Below are positions 7,771 to 16,407 of a DNA stretch of 55,748 bases, one piece after another. The notes under the pieces were generated by a model. The model was not told where the DNA came from and made no database searches. It worked only from the letters and a program-made list of their open reading frames with translations. This DNA is from a virus (Duplodnaviria > Caudoviricetes), in the IMG/VR virus record IMGVR_UViG_3300044981_000063, positions 1 through 55,748 of that record; one strand, given 5' to 3'. Both the position numbers and the translations under genes were made by a program. Position 1 is the stretch's first letter. Each line of letters starts with the position of its first letter.

Positions 7771-8625
7771 TCAGTGAAGTTCAAAGGCTATCGCGCGGTC
7801 CTTAAGAACTGGTGCCCAACACAAATGGCATTTCCCACAATTAAGGCCTTTGCCGCCTGATTGTTGTGCTGGGCACATCAGGGCATCACCTTTTTCTGCG
7901 ACGGATTTTATGGTGATGGCGCGCGGGCCTGTTTCGGCGTCAGAGGTGCGAACTGCAAATCTATCCCAGCGCGCCTCGCGTAGCTCGTGAACGGCATCGC
8001 CGATCACGGTGCCCTGCTGCCAATGGGTGTAGCCGAAAATATGCAGAGCCGGAAAGAAGTCCAGCGCATTTTCCCAGAACTGAAAATACTTGAGCGAAAT
8101 GAAGTCGCCGAGCACGTGAAGACGAATTACAAAGCCGCCAGGATGCTTGCGCTGCAATTGTCCAAGCTCAAGGCCAAGCTTTGCAATCAATTCTGGCCCG
8201 TATTTATAACGCTTTGCGTGGCCCATCGCATTGCCCATGCAGTTGAGAAAGAGATCGCAGGAGCGCGGGCATGTTTCGCGTTCAACCAGGGTGAGTGAAT
8301 AAATCGGAAAGCCCTTCCACTTGCCCTTCGTCACGACTTTCCCGAGTTTGCGCTGGTTGTCGCCGGATTTCAGCAGCGTTGTTTGGCGAGTGACGGTGTA
8401 GATGCGCCCTTGGAAGACCGTGGTGCCGTTGACGTAGGCAGGGTGGGCTTTCGTGATCGCGCGGCCAGTTCCGCTCGCGTGGAATTGCAGACCAAGCGTC
8501 CGCGACTTCCCGTCTATCGAGCCGCGCGTTCGGCCCATTTCCTTGGCTATCTTGCGAAAATGCCCCCCATGGATATCCCAAAGCCGCCGCAATTCGGCTT
8601 CCTGCGCTGCATCCCATGCTGGCAT
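7771..8625 (-). CDS. GcrA-type HTH fused to GP88-like (radical-SAM-like) domain
   Basis: W......LRRLW......IAKEMGRTRGSI.GK...LGL; N.KLGK; TCPRSC.....C; IRLHVLGDF; GYTH; CPAQ......CGKCHLCW. Confidence 0.75.
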   Translation of the reverse strand: MPAWDAAQEAELRRLWDIHGGHFRKIAKEMGRTRGSIDGKSRTLGLQFHASGTGRAITKAHPAYVNGTTVFQGRIYTVTRQTTLLKSGDNQRKLGKVVTKGKWKGFPIYSLTLVERETCPRSCDLFLNCMGNAMGHAKRYKYGPELIAKLGLELGQLQRKHPGGFVIRLHVLGDFISLKYFQFWENALDFFPALHIFGYTHWQQGTVIGDAVHELREARWDRFAVRTSDAETGPRAITIKSVAEKGDALMCPAQQSGGKGLNCGKCHLCWAPVLKDRAIAFELH

Positions 8626-8755
8626 GAATTCCCCTCCCAAAATAGGAAACCGTGAGCGGCCCCGGCAGGGGGCTGGGGAGGCTTGTTCCGAAAGCCGCCC
8701 ACCGTTCCTATGCACCGAGTGATCAAGCCCGGCGCGAATCTCTTAGACATGTCCT

Positions 8756-9085
8756 TTAGCTTTTGCAAGCCTCAGCGCGAAGGTCCAGATCGGCCCCGAC
8801 GCGGGCTATGGCCCCTAAGGCCGATTGCGGTGCGCCCAATTCCCCACTCCCGAAAGCCTTCACCAGATCGCCCATGGTCATTCCATTTTGGAGCAGCAGA
8901 GACAGGCAAATCGCGGCATCGACCATCAGGGCGCTAAAGTCGTTGCCCTCCTTGGTGCTGCGCATAAAAGCCTCGCGGACGTGCAAATCAGAGCCGAAGC
9001 TGAAAGTGCAATCGAAGGTCATGCCCCGATGCTCGACCGGGACGGTCACGCCGTGGCGGCGGTTTGGCAAAGGCGTGCGGGTCAT
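8756..9085 (-). CDS. Stand-alone TSCPD-like domain (class II RNR C-terminal-like)
   Basis: RTPLPNRR...REAFM....G.....DAAICLSLLLQNG. Confidence 0.75.
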   Translation of the reverse strand: MTRTPLPNRRHGVTVPVEHRGMTFDCTFSFGSDLHVREAFMRSTKEGNDFSALMVDAAICLSLLLQNGMTMGDLVKAFGSGELGAPQSALGAIARVGADLDLRAEACKS

Positions 9086-9783
9086 TGTGCGACGTCCAAC
9101 AACGGCGCAGGAGATTCTTTGGCGAAGCGCCGTGCGTCAGCCGGGCGGTGCAGGCGAGCCTTGGTGCCAGGCGGGATGGCGGTGATCGGCATGGGCACGG
9201 CGCCCTTGAGAAAGAAAAACCAAGCATGGCAACTGGCTTGGCTGGCGACCGGGTCCCATTGGCCCAGCACCATGGAAACCCGGTCGGAAAACACGGCGCA
9301 CAGCGTGAGGCGGTTCGGCCCCTCAAAAAGCGCAGAATACCGCTCTTTTCCCTCAAGAAATGCCACACGGCAAAGTAATGCCACGCCCCGGCGCGCACGG
9401 CGCAGGCCTTCGGCAAGGAATTGTTCGGCCCGGTCGAATGGTGGGTTCGTAACCACCCAATCGACCGGCCCTGGCGCGTCGCCCGCCATCAGGAAATCCA
9501 CCACATCGCCATAGCCGTGGGCGTGAATGTCGGAGGCGTGGACGGTCCGGAAATATTCATCCAGTGCTGCCGCCATATGGCCTTCGCCGCAGGCTGGTTC
9601 CCAGACCGCGCAGGCTTCTGGGTCCAGTTTCAATAAGATTTCCGCGCCTGCCCGTGCCGCCCATGGAGGCGTAGGGTAATAATTCAGAACCCGGTAAAGC
9701 GCGGTCTGCGGGTCGTCCGCCTCATGCACCTTTGGTCCTCGTTGCTGGCGCACGGCAGACGATTTATTGGGCCGCTTTTTCAT
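9082..9783 (-). CDS. SAM-dependent DNA amino-methyltransferase (N6-A/N4-C type)
   Basis: YYPTPPW; WEPACGEGHM (motif I); ASDI; VTNPPF (motif IV); FLEG..R. Confidence 0.9.
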   Translation of the reverse strand: MKKRPNKSSAVRQQRGPKVHEADDPQTALYRVLNYYPTPPWAARAGAEILLKLDPEACAVWEPACGEGHMAAALDEYFRTVHASDIHAHGYGDVVDFLMAGDAPGPVDWVVTNPPFDRAEQFLAEGLRRARRGVALLCRVAFLEGKERYSALFEGPNRLTLCAVFSDRVSMVLGQWDPVASQASCHAWFFFLKGAVPMPITAIPPGTKARLHRPADARRFAKESPAPLLDVAQ

Positions 9784-9817
9784 CCCCGTTTCCGCCTCTG
9801 GCGCACGGTGGGGGCGG

Positions 9818-10306
9818 TCATGGCTTGATCCTATCGAGCAGTGTGAATTGATCCAACGCCCAAGTCAGGATGCACATGGCCTCGGCAGCATCGTGTTCGG
9901 CTATTTCCCGCCCACGGCGCTTGCAGTAGTCCAGCGCGGCCCTTTTGGGGTTATCCGGGAACCCGTGGCCCAGAACCTTTGCCCGCCATGTGCTTGGCCC
10001 TGGCAGCCGCAGCCAGCCAACCCCGGCATTCGAGGCCGCAGCCTGGGCGGCGCCGGACAGCATTGTCAGGACGCGGCCCGTGTGGGCGGATCGGCCCCCA
10101 AGGCTCAAGGGGGCCTCAATCGCTACCCCGCCGATCCCGTTCGCCTTCGCAACTGCAAGAACGGCAGAATAGATGCTGCCCAAGGACTGGGGCCGTTTTT
10201 CGTCAGAAAACCCCGGAAGCCGCCAAACACCGCAATGAGCGCTGGCAAAGCTATCGCCATGCGCCCATCCCGTGTTCTCAGCGAGGTCTAGGGCCAAGAT
10301 TTTCAC
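9818..10306 (-). CDS. RuvC-like Holliday junction resolvase
   Basis: ILALDLAENTGWA; IEAP; PSTWR; HDAAEA. Confidence 0.8.
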   Translation of the reverse strand: MKILALDLAENTGWAHGDSFASAHCGVWRLPGFSDEKRPQSLGSIYSAVLAVAKANGIGGVAIEAPLSLGGRSAHTGRVLTMLSGAAQAAASNAGVGWLRLPGPSTWRAKVLGHGFPDNPKRAALDYCKRRGREIAEHDAAEAMCILTWALDQFTLLDRIKP

Positions 10307-10833
10307 GCTGCAGTCTTGCCGCCCGTGATGATCTCAGCCTGGGCATCGTTCCAGCGCCGCATATATTGGACGTGGCCCGGCGCGCCTTCTGGCCAGCGCT
10401 TGGTATCGGGCGTGCGGCCCGTGCTGCCCGCTTGATACCCCTCGGCACCGGCTTGTTCCTCAATAGTCCCATATTTGGGCTCGAACAGGGAGATTTGGAC
10501 GGGCAGACCAGCCTCAGCGGCCATTGTCGCCAGCTGGCGCAGCTGGGCGGCCATATCCAGTGGGTCCATGCGTTGGAATTTCAGGAAAGACATGATCGCG
10601 GCGACATCAACCCCAGCCTCTTTCGCCTTTTTCTTGGCGTCAGAAACCTTGCCTTGGGCGGTGCTGGCCTTGTCCATCCAGCCAGCAATGTTATCGACGT
10701 GGTACATCAGGTCTTTGGTCGGGGGCTGATTGCCAGACAGGAGGGAAAGGTTAACGGTTTCCACTTCCTCGTCTTTGCTGGGCTTTGCAGCCTTTTTGCC
10801 GGTTTTCTTGGGTTTTGATGCTTTCTTTGCCAT
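10303..10833 (-). CDS. GapR/DUF2312-like DNA-binding protein with Lys-rich N-terminal tail
   Basis: VSDAKKKAKEAGVDVAAIMSFLKFQRMD; MAKKASKPKKTGKKAAK tail. Confidence 0.55.
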   Translation of the reverse strand: MAKKASKPKKTGKKAAKPSKDEEVETVNLSLLSGNQPPTKDLMYHVDNIAGWMDKASTAQGKVSDAKKKAKEAGVDVAAIMSFLKFQRMDPLDMAAQLRQLATMAAEAGLPVQISLFEPKYGTIEEQAGAEGYQAGSTGRTPDTKRWPEGAPGHVQYMRRWNDAQAEIITGGKTAA

Positions 10834-10883
10834 TCTACTCTCCTTGGGTTGTAAAATTGTTTCACAGAAACATAGGATTGATT

Positions 10884-11132
10884 TTATTGAGATTTTTTCG
10901 CTCTTGGGAAATATTCAGGGCACAACTCATGCTCTGTCGGAAACTTTCTTGCTTTGGCTTTTCGGACTGCGGCGGCAACGGCCACGACCCTTTCCCGCGG
11001 GCATCGCCGCCATTGAGTTACGGCTTGGGGGGTGCAGGGGCGCTCCGGCGACGCTTCATTGACGATCTTGGCCAGGGCTGATTTCCCGCCAAGGATATCA
11101 ATTGCAGCTTCTAGGGCCTCTTCCGGGGTCAT
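10884..11132 (-). CDS. Cro/YdaS-like regulator
   Basis: ALEAAIDILGGKSALAK...TPQAVTQW...P.ERV...HELCPEYF; at the strand switch. Confidence 0.85.
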   Translation of the reverse strand: MTPEEALEAAIDILGGKSALAKIVNEASPERPCTPQAVTQWRRCPRERVVAVAAAVRKAKARKFPTEHELCPEYFPRAKKSQ

Positions 11133-11279
11133 ACATCTAGGCCTTGGGTGATTTGCAGATCAGGACGCTATGCCTAGGCTTTCGGCGAGTAAAGGCCGTC
11201 GCTTGGAATTATTTAAGCCAGCCAGTTGCGGCCTATGCGAAAGTCTGGCACATTCTGCGTCGAAACAGGGAGACTGGAA

Positions 11280-11513
11280 ATGGGCAATTTAAGCATGGCT
11301 GAGGTAGTAGACCGGGGCATGGCGCGGCGTGAAATGCCCGCTGTTTGCCCATTTTGTGGGGATGATCCGCCACTAGCGGCCGTCGGATATTCTTTCGGTC
11401 GAAGCCCGCGCTACATGGTCGGATGCCAGAATGATGACTGCCCGGCCCAGCCCAGCGTTTCTGGGGATACAATTGACGAGGCCTGGGCACGCTGGAACCG
11501 GCGCGCACCATGA
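11280..11513 (+). CDS. Lar-family restriction alleviation protein
   Basis: CPFCG...V.C....C........EA.ARWNRRA. Confidence 0.75.
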   Translation: MGNLSMAEVVDRGMARREMPAVCPFCGDDPPLAAVGYSFGRSPRYMVGCQNDDCPAQPSVSGDTIDEAWARWNRRAP

Positions 11514-12448
11514 AAATCACCAAGGCTGGCCTTTACAGCGGCGTCCCCATGTCTGCCTACCAGGGTGATCTTTGCGGCGAGCCGTCGATTTCATCGTCTG
11601 GCCTTCGCACGCTATTCCTCGAAAGCCCCAAGCATTACTGGCGGGATTCTTACCTCAACCCCCATAGGCCAGAACAGAAAGACAGCGACGCTTTTGTGTT
11701 GGGGCGGGCTGCGCATCATTTGCTTTTGGGCGAGGACGCCTTTTCCACCCTATTCATCATGCGCCCCGATAAGTTCGATTCCTGGCGCACAACCGCATCC
11801 AAGGAATGGCGTGCAGAACAGGAGGCGGAAGGCCGCACCGTGCTGCTGCCCGCCCAGCTTGAGCAAATCCGGGGCATGGCGCGGTCGCTGGCTTCTGAGC
11901 CGCTTATTTCAGCCGGCATACTCAATGGGCAGATCGAGCAGAGCTTGGTCTGGAAAGACAAGGAAACCGGGGTTTATTTGAAGTCCCGGCCTGACGCAAT
12001 TCCTAATGACAGCGGGGATTTTTGCGACCTCAAAACTTCTGTGAACTATGGCTTTGATCTGGACCGCGATATTTCCAAGTACAGGTACGATATTCAGGCT
12101 GCATTGTGCGGCATGGGCGTGCGCGAAATTCTCAAGCGCGAGATGGAAAGCTTTTCCTTCTGCTTCGTGGAAAAGGACGCGCCATTCAGTGTCGAAATCC
12201 TAACCCTCAAGAAAGAGGACATTGCCGCCGCTGAGCAAGATATCCGCGTGGCGCTGGATACCTTCGCCTGGTGCCTGAAAACGGGGGATTGGTTTGGCCC
12301 AGCCGGAACGCAGCGCGACGCGCGGCCTGTGTTTATTTCGGATTGGGCTCGCCAGCAGGCAGAATTCCGGCGCGACTTTCTTAAGCGGGAGATCGCGCGG
12401 GCAACTATGGACGGCCCGACACAGGCCGATTATTTGGGAGCAGGTTGA
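11510..12448 (+). CDS. recE: Exonuclease VIII / RecE-like PD-(D/E)XK nuclease
   Basis: ISSSGL; G.AAH..LL; EQSLVW.D.ETG..LKSRPD; DLKT; Y.IQAA; FVEK.APF. Confidence 0.9.
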   Translation: MKITKAGLYSGVPMSAYQGDLCGEPSISSSGLRTLFLESPKHYWRDSYLNPHRPEQKDSDAFVLGRAAHHLLLGEDAFSTLFIMRPDKFDSWRTTASKEWRAEQEAEGRTVLLPAQLEQIRGMARSLASEPLISAGILNGQIEQSLVWKDKETGVYLKSRPDAIPNDSGDFCDLKTSVNYGFDLDRDISKYRYDIQAALCGMGVREILKREMESFSFCFVEKDAPFSVEILTLKKEDIAAAEQDIRVALDTFAWCLKTGDWFGPAGTQRDARPVFISDWARQQAEFRRDFLKREIARATMDGPTQADYLGAG

Positions 12449-13582
12449 ATGGATATCGACAAACTGGAAGGCAAGATTGACCGGGTTGCGGCCGGCGCTA
12501 CCGAAATCCACATGGGCTTTGGCGGTGTGAAATTCCAGACCATGATGGAATTGATGGAGTTCTCGAAGTTGATGGCGGTTTCTGGCTCTGCTGTTCCTTA
12601 CCATCTGCGCGGCAATCCGGGCGCATGCCTCGCCATTTGCACCAAGGCGCTGCGGTTTGGCTTCGACCCCTTTGCCTTGGCAGAACACTCTTTTGCGATG
12701 AGCAAGGAAGTTGACACCACGGTCACCCAGCCAACGGGAGGCCGTACCACTATCAAGGAAAAGGTCGAAACTATTGCCTACGATTCCTATGTGCTCCGGG
12801 CGATAATAGAATCCCATGCTCCGATTAAGGGGCGGCTAAAATATTCTTATGCAGGAGAAGGCGACGAGCGGACCTGCACAGTCAGTTGCATACTGTTGGA
12901 AACAGACGAGATTATTTCCCTCACATCAGTCACGCTGGGCAAGCGGAAAAAAGACATTGGCACGAGCGAGAAAGGCAATCTCAAGGGCTCGTCGCTATGG
13001 ATCACGAAGCCAGATCAGCAGCAGGGATATGACACCGCCCGCGATCTATGTCGCCTGCACTTTCCTGAAGTCTTAATGGGATGGTACGACAAGGACGAAT
13101 TTGACGAATACGCCAAGGCTGCGGCGGCTACGGACGTGACCCCCGCATCTGGCCTTAAGGAACGGCTGGCTGCGGGCACCAAAGGTGAGGCCAAAGGCTT
13201 TTCCGCTGCCCATGTGACCGAACAGATAGGCCACTCCCCCGGAACTGTCCTAGACGCCAGTATGCCCGCGAAAGAACCGGCACTGGCTGGCGAGGCCGGG
13301 GAGGGTGGCACCAAGGGCCGCAAGCGGAAAACAGCCGCCAGTGAGGCTCCTGAGCCTTCCAATGCTGCACCCGCGAACGAACCTCTAGCCGATCTGACCG
13401 CCGAATGGCTGGACGAGAAGATCGCCGAGGCCAATAACCTGACGGCCATGGCGCTGCTGGATGAACTGGACCCGGCGGTTTGGAAGCGGCTGGATATCGA
13501 CGGGCGCAAGAAAGACCTGGGCCCGAAATGGGAAGCCGAGGGCTTTGAACCAAACCGCGCCCGCCTTATGAGCGCCACATGA
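12449..13582 (+). CDS. recT: RecT-family single-strand annealing protein
   Basis: Adjacent to RecE; VPYHLRGNPGACLAI...GFDPFALA; W..KPDQQ; R.HFPEVLMG.Y..DE. Confidence 0.85.
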   Translation: MDIDKLEGKIDRVAAGATEIHMGFGGVKFQTMMELMEFSKLMAVSGSAVPYHLRGNPGACLAICTKALRFGFDPFALAEHSFAMSKEVDTTVTQPTGGRTTIKEKVETIAYDSYVLRAIIESHAPIKGRLKYSYAGEGDERTCTVSCILLETDEIISLTSVTLGKRKKDIGTSEKGNLKGSSLWITKPDQQQGYDTARDLCRLHFPEVLMGWYDKDEFDEYAKAAAATDVTPASGLKERLAAGTKGEAKGFSAAHVTEQIGHSPGTVLDASMPAKEPALAGEAGEGGTKGRKRKTAASEAPEPSNAAPANEPLADLTAEWLDEKIAEANNLTAMALLDELDPAVWKRLDIDGRKKDLGPKWEAEGFEPNRARLMSAT

Positions 13583-13842
13583 CCAAGAAAAAGATGGGTC
13601 GCCCCCGCACCCGCGCAAAGCCCAACAGGTTCGACCGGGAAGTTGGTGCCCGCATCAAGGCAGCGCGGGAGAAGGCTGGGCTAAGCCCGACTCAGGCGGC
13701 CATCCAGGTCAAAAAACATCTATCCACTCTGATGCGGTGGGAGGCAGGCGACGTCTGCGTGCCTATCAATATGCTGGCGTGGCTGGCGAAGATTTATGGG
13801 TGCCAGATGCAGGATTTCTTGGACGGTGTGAGGCCGCGATGA
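13579..13842 (+). CDS. XRE-family HTH regulator
   Basis: VGARIKAAREKAGLS......LMRWEAG. Confidence 0.85.
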   Translation: MTKKKMGRPRTRAKPNRFDREVGARIKAAREKAGLSPTQAAIQVKKHLSTLMRWEAGDVCVPINMLAWLAKIYGCQMQDFLDGVRPR

Positions 13843-14105
13843 GCGAAATGGTAGATCGCGTGGCCGCCGCAATGAAAGATGCTTTTAATCGGCATGACGG
13901 CAAAATTTTAAACCTCAAAGATTGGCAAGAGGAAGGAATACAATTGGCGGCTCTCGCGGCTATCGCCGCCATGCGCGAACCAACTGGGATTATGTACATT
14001 ATGGGCGCTAACGCAATTCCTGGTGACCCCACGACATATGAAAATATGATTGATTATTTGTCTGTCGCCTGGAAAGCCATGGTTGATGAGGCACTCCGTG
14101 ACTAA
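13839..14105 (+). CDS. Conserved phage hypothetical protein
   Basis: MSEMVDRVA...AAIAAMREPT..M...W.AMVDEAL. Confidence 0.75.
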   Translation: MSEMVDRVAAAMKDAFNRHDGKILNLKDWQEEGIQLAALAAIAAMREPTGIMYIMGANAIPGDPTTYENMIDYLSVAWKAMVDEALRD

Positions 14106-14478
14106 ACCCGTCAGCCGCAAGATGGCCGTGGACGCGCTGCTGTTTTACATGCGGGCGCACCTCTGCACGACGCATGATGAGGCCGGGAAACTGGTGGCCT
14201 TCATTCCCTGTCCCGAATGTGGCCACCCATTGCTGGCCGGCCAAGCGATCCAGTTTGATCATCACCACGCGGACGGAATGGGTGGCCCGCACGAATACCA
14301 GAACCTGCGCCCAATCCATTATGATCCGTGCCACAAGAAAAAGACGGCACGCGATGTTGGTGCCCAGGCGAAGGTTCGCCGCATCACCGGCCAAAACAAG
14401 CCGCGCCCTAAGACCAAGATTGCAAACAGGCCGTTTCAGAAAACCCATCGGCCATTCCGAAGGAGTCCGAAGCCATGA
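14098..14478 (+). CDS. HNH endonuclease
   Basis: CPECG...FDHHH...GG.....NLRPI....CHKKKT..D. Confidence 0.8.
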   Translation: MTKPVSRKMAVDALLFYMRAHLCTTHDEAGKLVAFIPCPECGHPLLAGQAIQFDHHHADGMGGPHEYQNLRPIHYDPCHKKKTARDVGAQAKVRRITGQNKPRPKTKIANRPFQKTHRPFRRSPKP

Positions 14479-14786
14479 CATTAGCGGATAGGCTCTTTAG
14501 GGTTGCAATAACAGGCATGGTTCATAAAGATGACCCACACGTGATCGCCGAAGCGCAAGGCGAGATCGAGAGACTTAGCACATGGGAAAAGATGGTTGTG
14601 GCAGCCGCCGATGCGATATTAGCCATTCTGGGGCTGCGGCGCGGCGCCTCCCTGGATGACGTGCAGAGGAAATTTCGCGAACTTGCGGCTAAGCGCCATC
14701 CAGACACGCATGGCGGCAGCACGGCAGCATTTCAGGATTTGGAGCGCGCCCGCCGGGAGGCGATGAAGCAATGCGTGAGTTCTTAG
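14475..14786 (+). CDS. J-domain (DnaJ-like) protein
   Basis: ILGL...AS.DDV..KFRELA.KRHPD..GGS..AF. Confidence 0.85.
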   Translation: MTLADRLFRVAITGMVHKDDPHVIAEAQGEIERLSTWEKMVVAAADAILAILGLRRGASLDDVQRKFRELAAKRHPDTHGGSTAAFQDLERARREAMKQCVSS

Positions 14787-14845
14787 AAGCAATGGCGTGG
14801 ATTGCAGTGGTGATACTGTTTGCGCATCTGTGTGGGGTTTGGTGA

Positions 14846-15283
14846 ATGGCCACGTATATTTTCGATATTGACGGTACGTTGGCGGACTGTTCTCATCGGC
14901 TGCACCACATCCAGGCCAAGCCGAAAGACTGGCGCACGTTCTTTTCCGAGTGCCACGGTGATTTCCCCATCCAGCATGTGATCGACGTAGCCCGCTCTCT
15001 TTGGCTGGCGGATAACCAAATCGTCTATGTCTCCGGGCGTTCCGACGAGTGCGAGGAAAAGACCCGCGCATGGCTGTTGAAGCATGGTCTACCAGAAGCG
15101 CCGCTCTATATGCGCAAGGCTGGTGATTATCGCGCCGATGACATCGTGAAGGGGGAACTGCTGGACCAAATCATTGCCGATGATATTCGGCCCGTCATGG
15201 CCTTTGATGACCGCGACCGGGTTGTGGCGATGTGGCGGGCGCGAGGCATTCCGTGCGCTCAAGTCGCGGCGGGAGAATTCTAA
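14846..15283 (+). CDS. HAD-family 3'-phosphatase (T4 PNKP phosphatase-domain-like)
   Basis: FDIDGTLAD; VSGR; T..WL..H; LYMR..GDYR.D..VK; FDDR..VV.MWR..G..C.QVA.G.F. Confidence 0.9.
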   Translation: MATYIFDIDGTLADCSHRLHHIQAKPKDWRTFFSECHGDFPIQHVIDVARSLWLADNQIVYVSGRSDECEEKTRAWLLKHGLPEAPLYMRKAGDYRADDIVKGELLDQIIADDIRPVMAFDDRDRVVAMWRARGIPCAQVAAGEF

Positions 15284-16035
15284 TGGACGCCAAGACCATC
15301 GCAGACGAAAACACCATCCTCCGGGGCCTTGTCGGATCGACGGCACACGGCACCGGCCTAGACGGTCACGAAGACCGCGACGAAATGGGCATCTGCATCG
15401 AGCCGCCAGAAACTGTGGCGGGGATCAGCACATTCGAGCAACACATATTCCGCACCCAACCAGAAGGCGTTCGCAGCGGTCCAGGCGATCTTGACCTTGT
15501 GGTTTATTCGCTACGGAAGTTTTGCCACCTTGCCTACAAGGGCAACCCGTCAATCCTGATGCTGATGTGGCTCCCCGAATATATGACCAAAGAGGTCTTG
15601 GGCGTTCAGCTTATCCAAATCCGGGACGCCTTCGTGTCGCGCGAAGCGGGGTGGCGCTATCTGGGCTATCTGACGGGCCAGCGCGCGGGACTGACTGGGC
15701 AGCGCAGCCCCAAGGTAGCGCGGCCGGAGTTAGTCGAGCGGTTCGGCTATGACACGAAGTATGCCATGCACGCCCTGCGGCTTGGCCTTCAAGGCATCGA
15801 ATACCTGACACACCGCCGAATCAGCATCCCCATCCAAGAGCCTGATCGGGAATATCTGCGGTCTGTGCGACGCGGGGAATTGTCCATGACCAAGGTGATC
15901 GAGGACATTGACAGGATCGCGGCGGAACTGAAAGACCTCACGGAGCGCAGCACAGCGATTGCGGACCTTCCAACCATCAACCGCTTTCTTGTCGAGGCGC
16001 ATCAACGTCATTGGAAAAATCGCGGTCTGGTTTGA
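15283..16035 (+). CDS. Pol-beta superfamily nucleotidyltransferase (RlaP/YcgL-like)
   Basis: VGSTAHGT.....DRDEMG; Y.L.KF..L..KGNP; YDTKYAMHALRL. Confidence 0.88.
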   Translation: MDAKTIADENTILRGLVGSTAHGTGLDGHEDRDEMGICIEPPETVAGISTFEQHIFRTQPEGVRSGPGDLDLVVYSLRKFCHLAYKGNPSILMLMWLPEYMTKEVLGVQLIQIRDAFVSREAGWRYLGYLTGQRAGLTGQRSPKVARPELVERFGYDTKYAMHALRLGLQGIEYLTHRRISIPIQEPDREYLRSVRRGELSMTKVIEDIDRIAAELKDLTERSTAIADLPTINRFLVEAHQRHWKNRGLV

Positions 16036-16058
16036 TTAGCACCACTAAGGGGCACACC

Positions 16059-16178
16059 ATGAGGCACCGGGGCCAGTTTGAGGAAGAACGCGAAGGCGGC
16101 GCTGTATGCTTTTGGATCATTGGCGCGCTGATGTTGTTGTGGAGCGCGGTGATTACCTGGACCGTTTTCTTTAGCTAG
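16059..16178 (+). CDS. 39-aa membrane peptide
   Basis: AAGGGG RBS; MRHRGQFEEEREGGAVCFWIIGALMLLWSAVITWTVFFS. Confidence 0.5.
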   Translation: MRHRGQFEEEREGGAVCFWIIGALMLLWSAVITWTVFFS

Positions 16179-16191
16179 GTGGATCGGTCAG

Positions 16192-16353
16192 ATGGTTACA
16201 GACCAACAATTGCGCGACGGGCTTAAAGCGGTCGTGAACGATGCCGCCGCTACACTCTGCCATGAAATTGACGCAGCGCCAGACCGTCCAGCATTAGAAG
16301 AAATCGCCAAGCGCATTTCCGGGCTTCCGGCAATGCTGACGCCCGCGAAATAA
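16192..16353 (+). CDS. 53-aa hypothetical protein
   Basis: MVTDQQLRDGLKAVV...; ends at the terminator. Confidence 0.5.
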   Translation: MVTDQQLRDGLKAVVNDAAATLCHEIDAAPDRPALEEIAKRISGLPAMLTPAK

Positions 16354-16383
16354 AAAAGCCTCCCGCCGGCTAAGGCGAGAGGC
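16352..16383 (-). terminator. Terminator ending the late/lysis operon at the convergence point
   Basis: GCCTC..CGCC/GGCG..GAGGC stem with A6 on plus strand (U6 on minus). Confidence 0.7.
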
Positions 16384-16407
16384 AAGGTGGGGAGGTAGGC
16401 TGCGGAA

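Noticed and set aside
9979-10818. 279-aa plus-strand ORF
   Set aside because: Antisense to RuvC-like and GapR-like genes; no recognisable motifs
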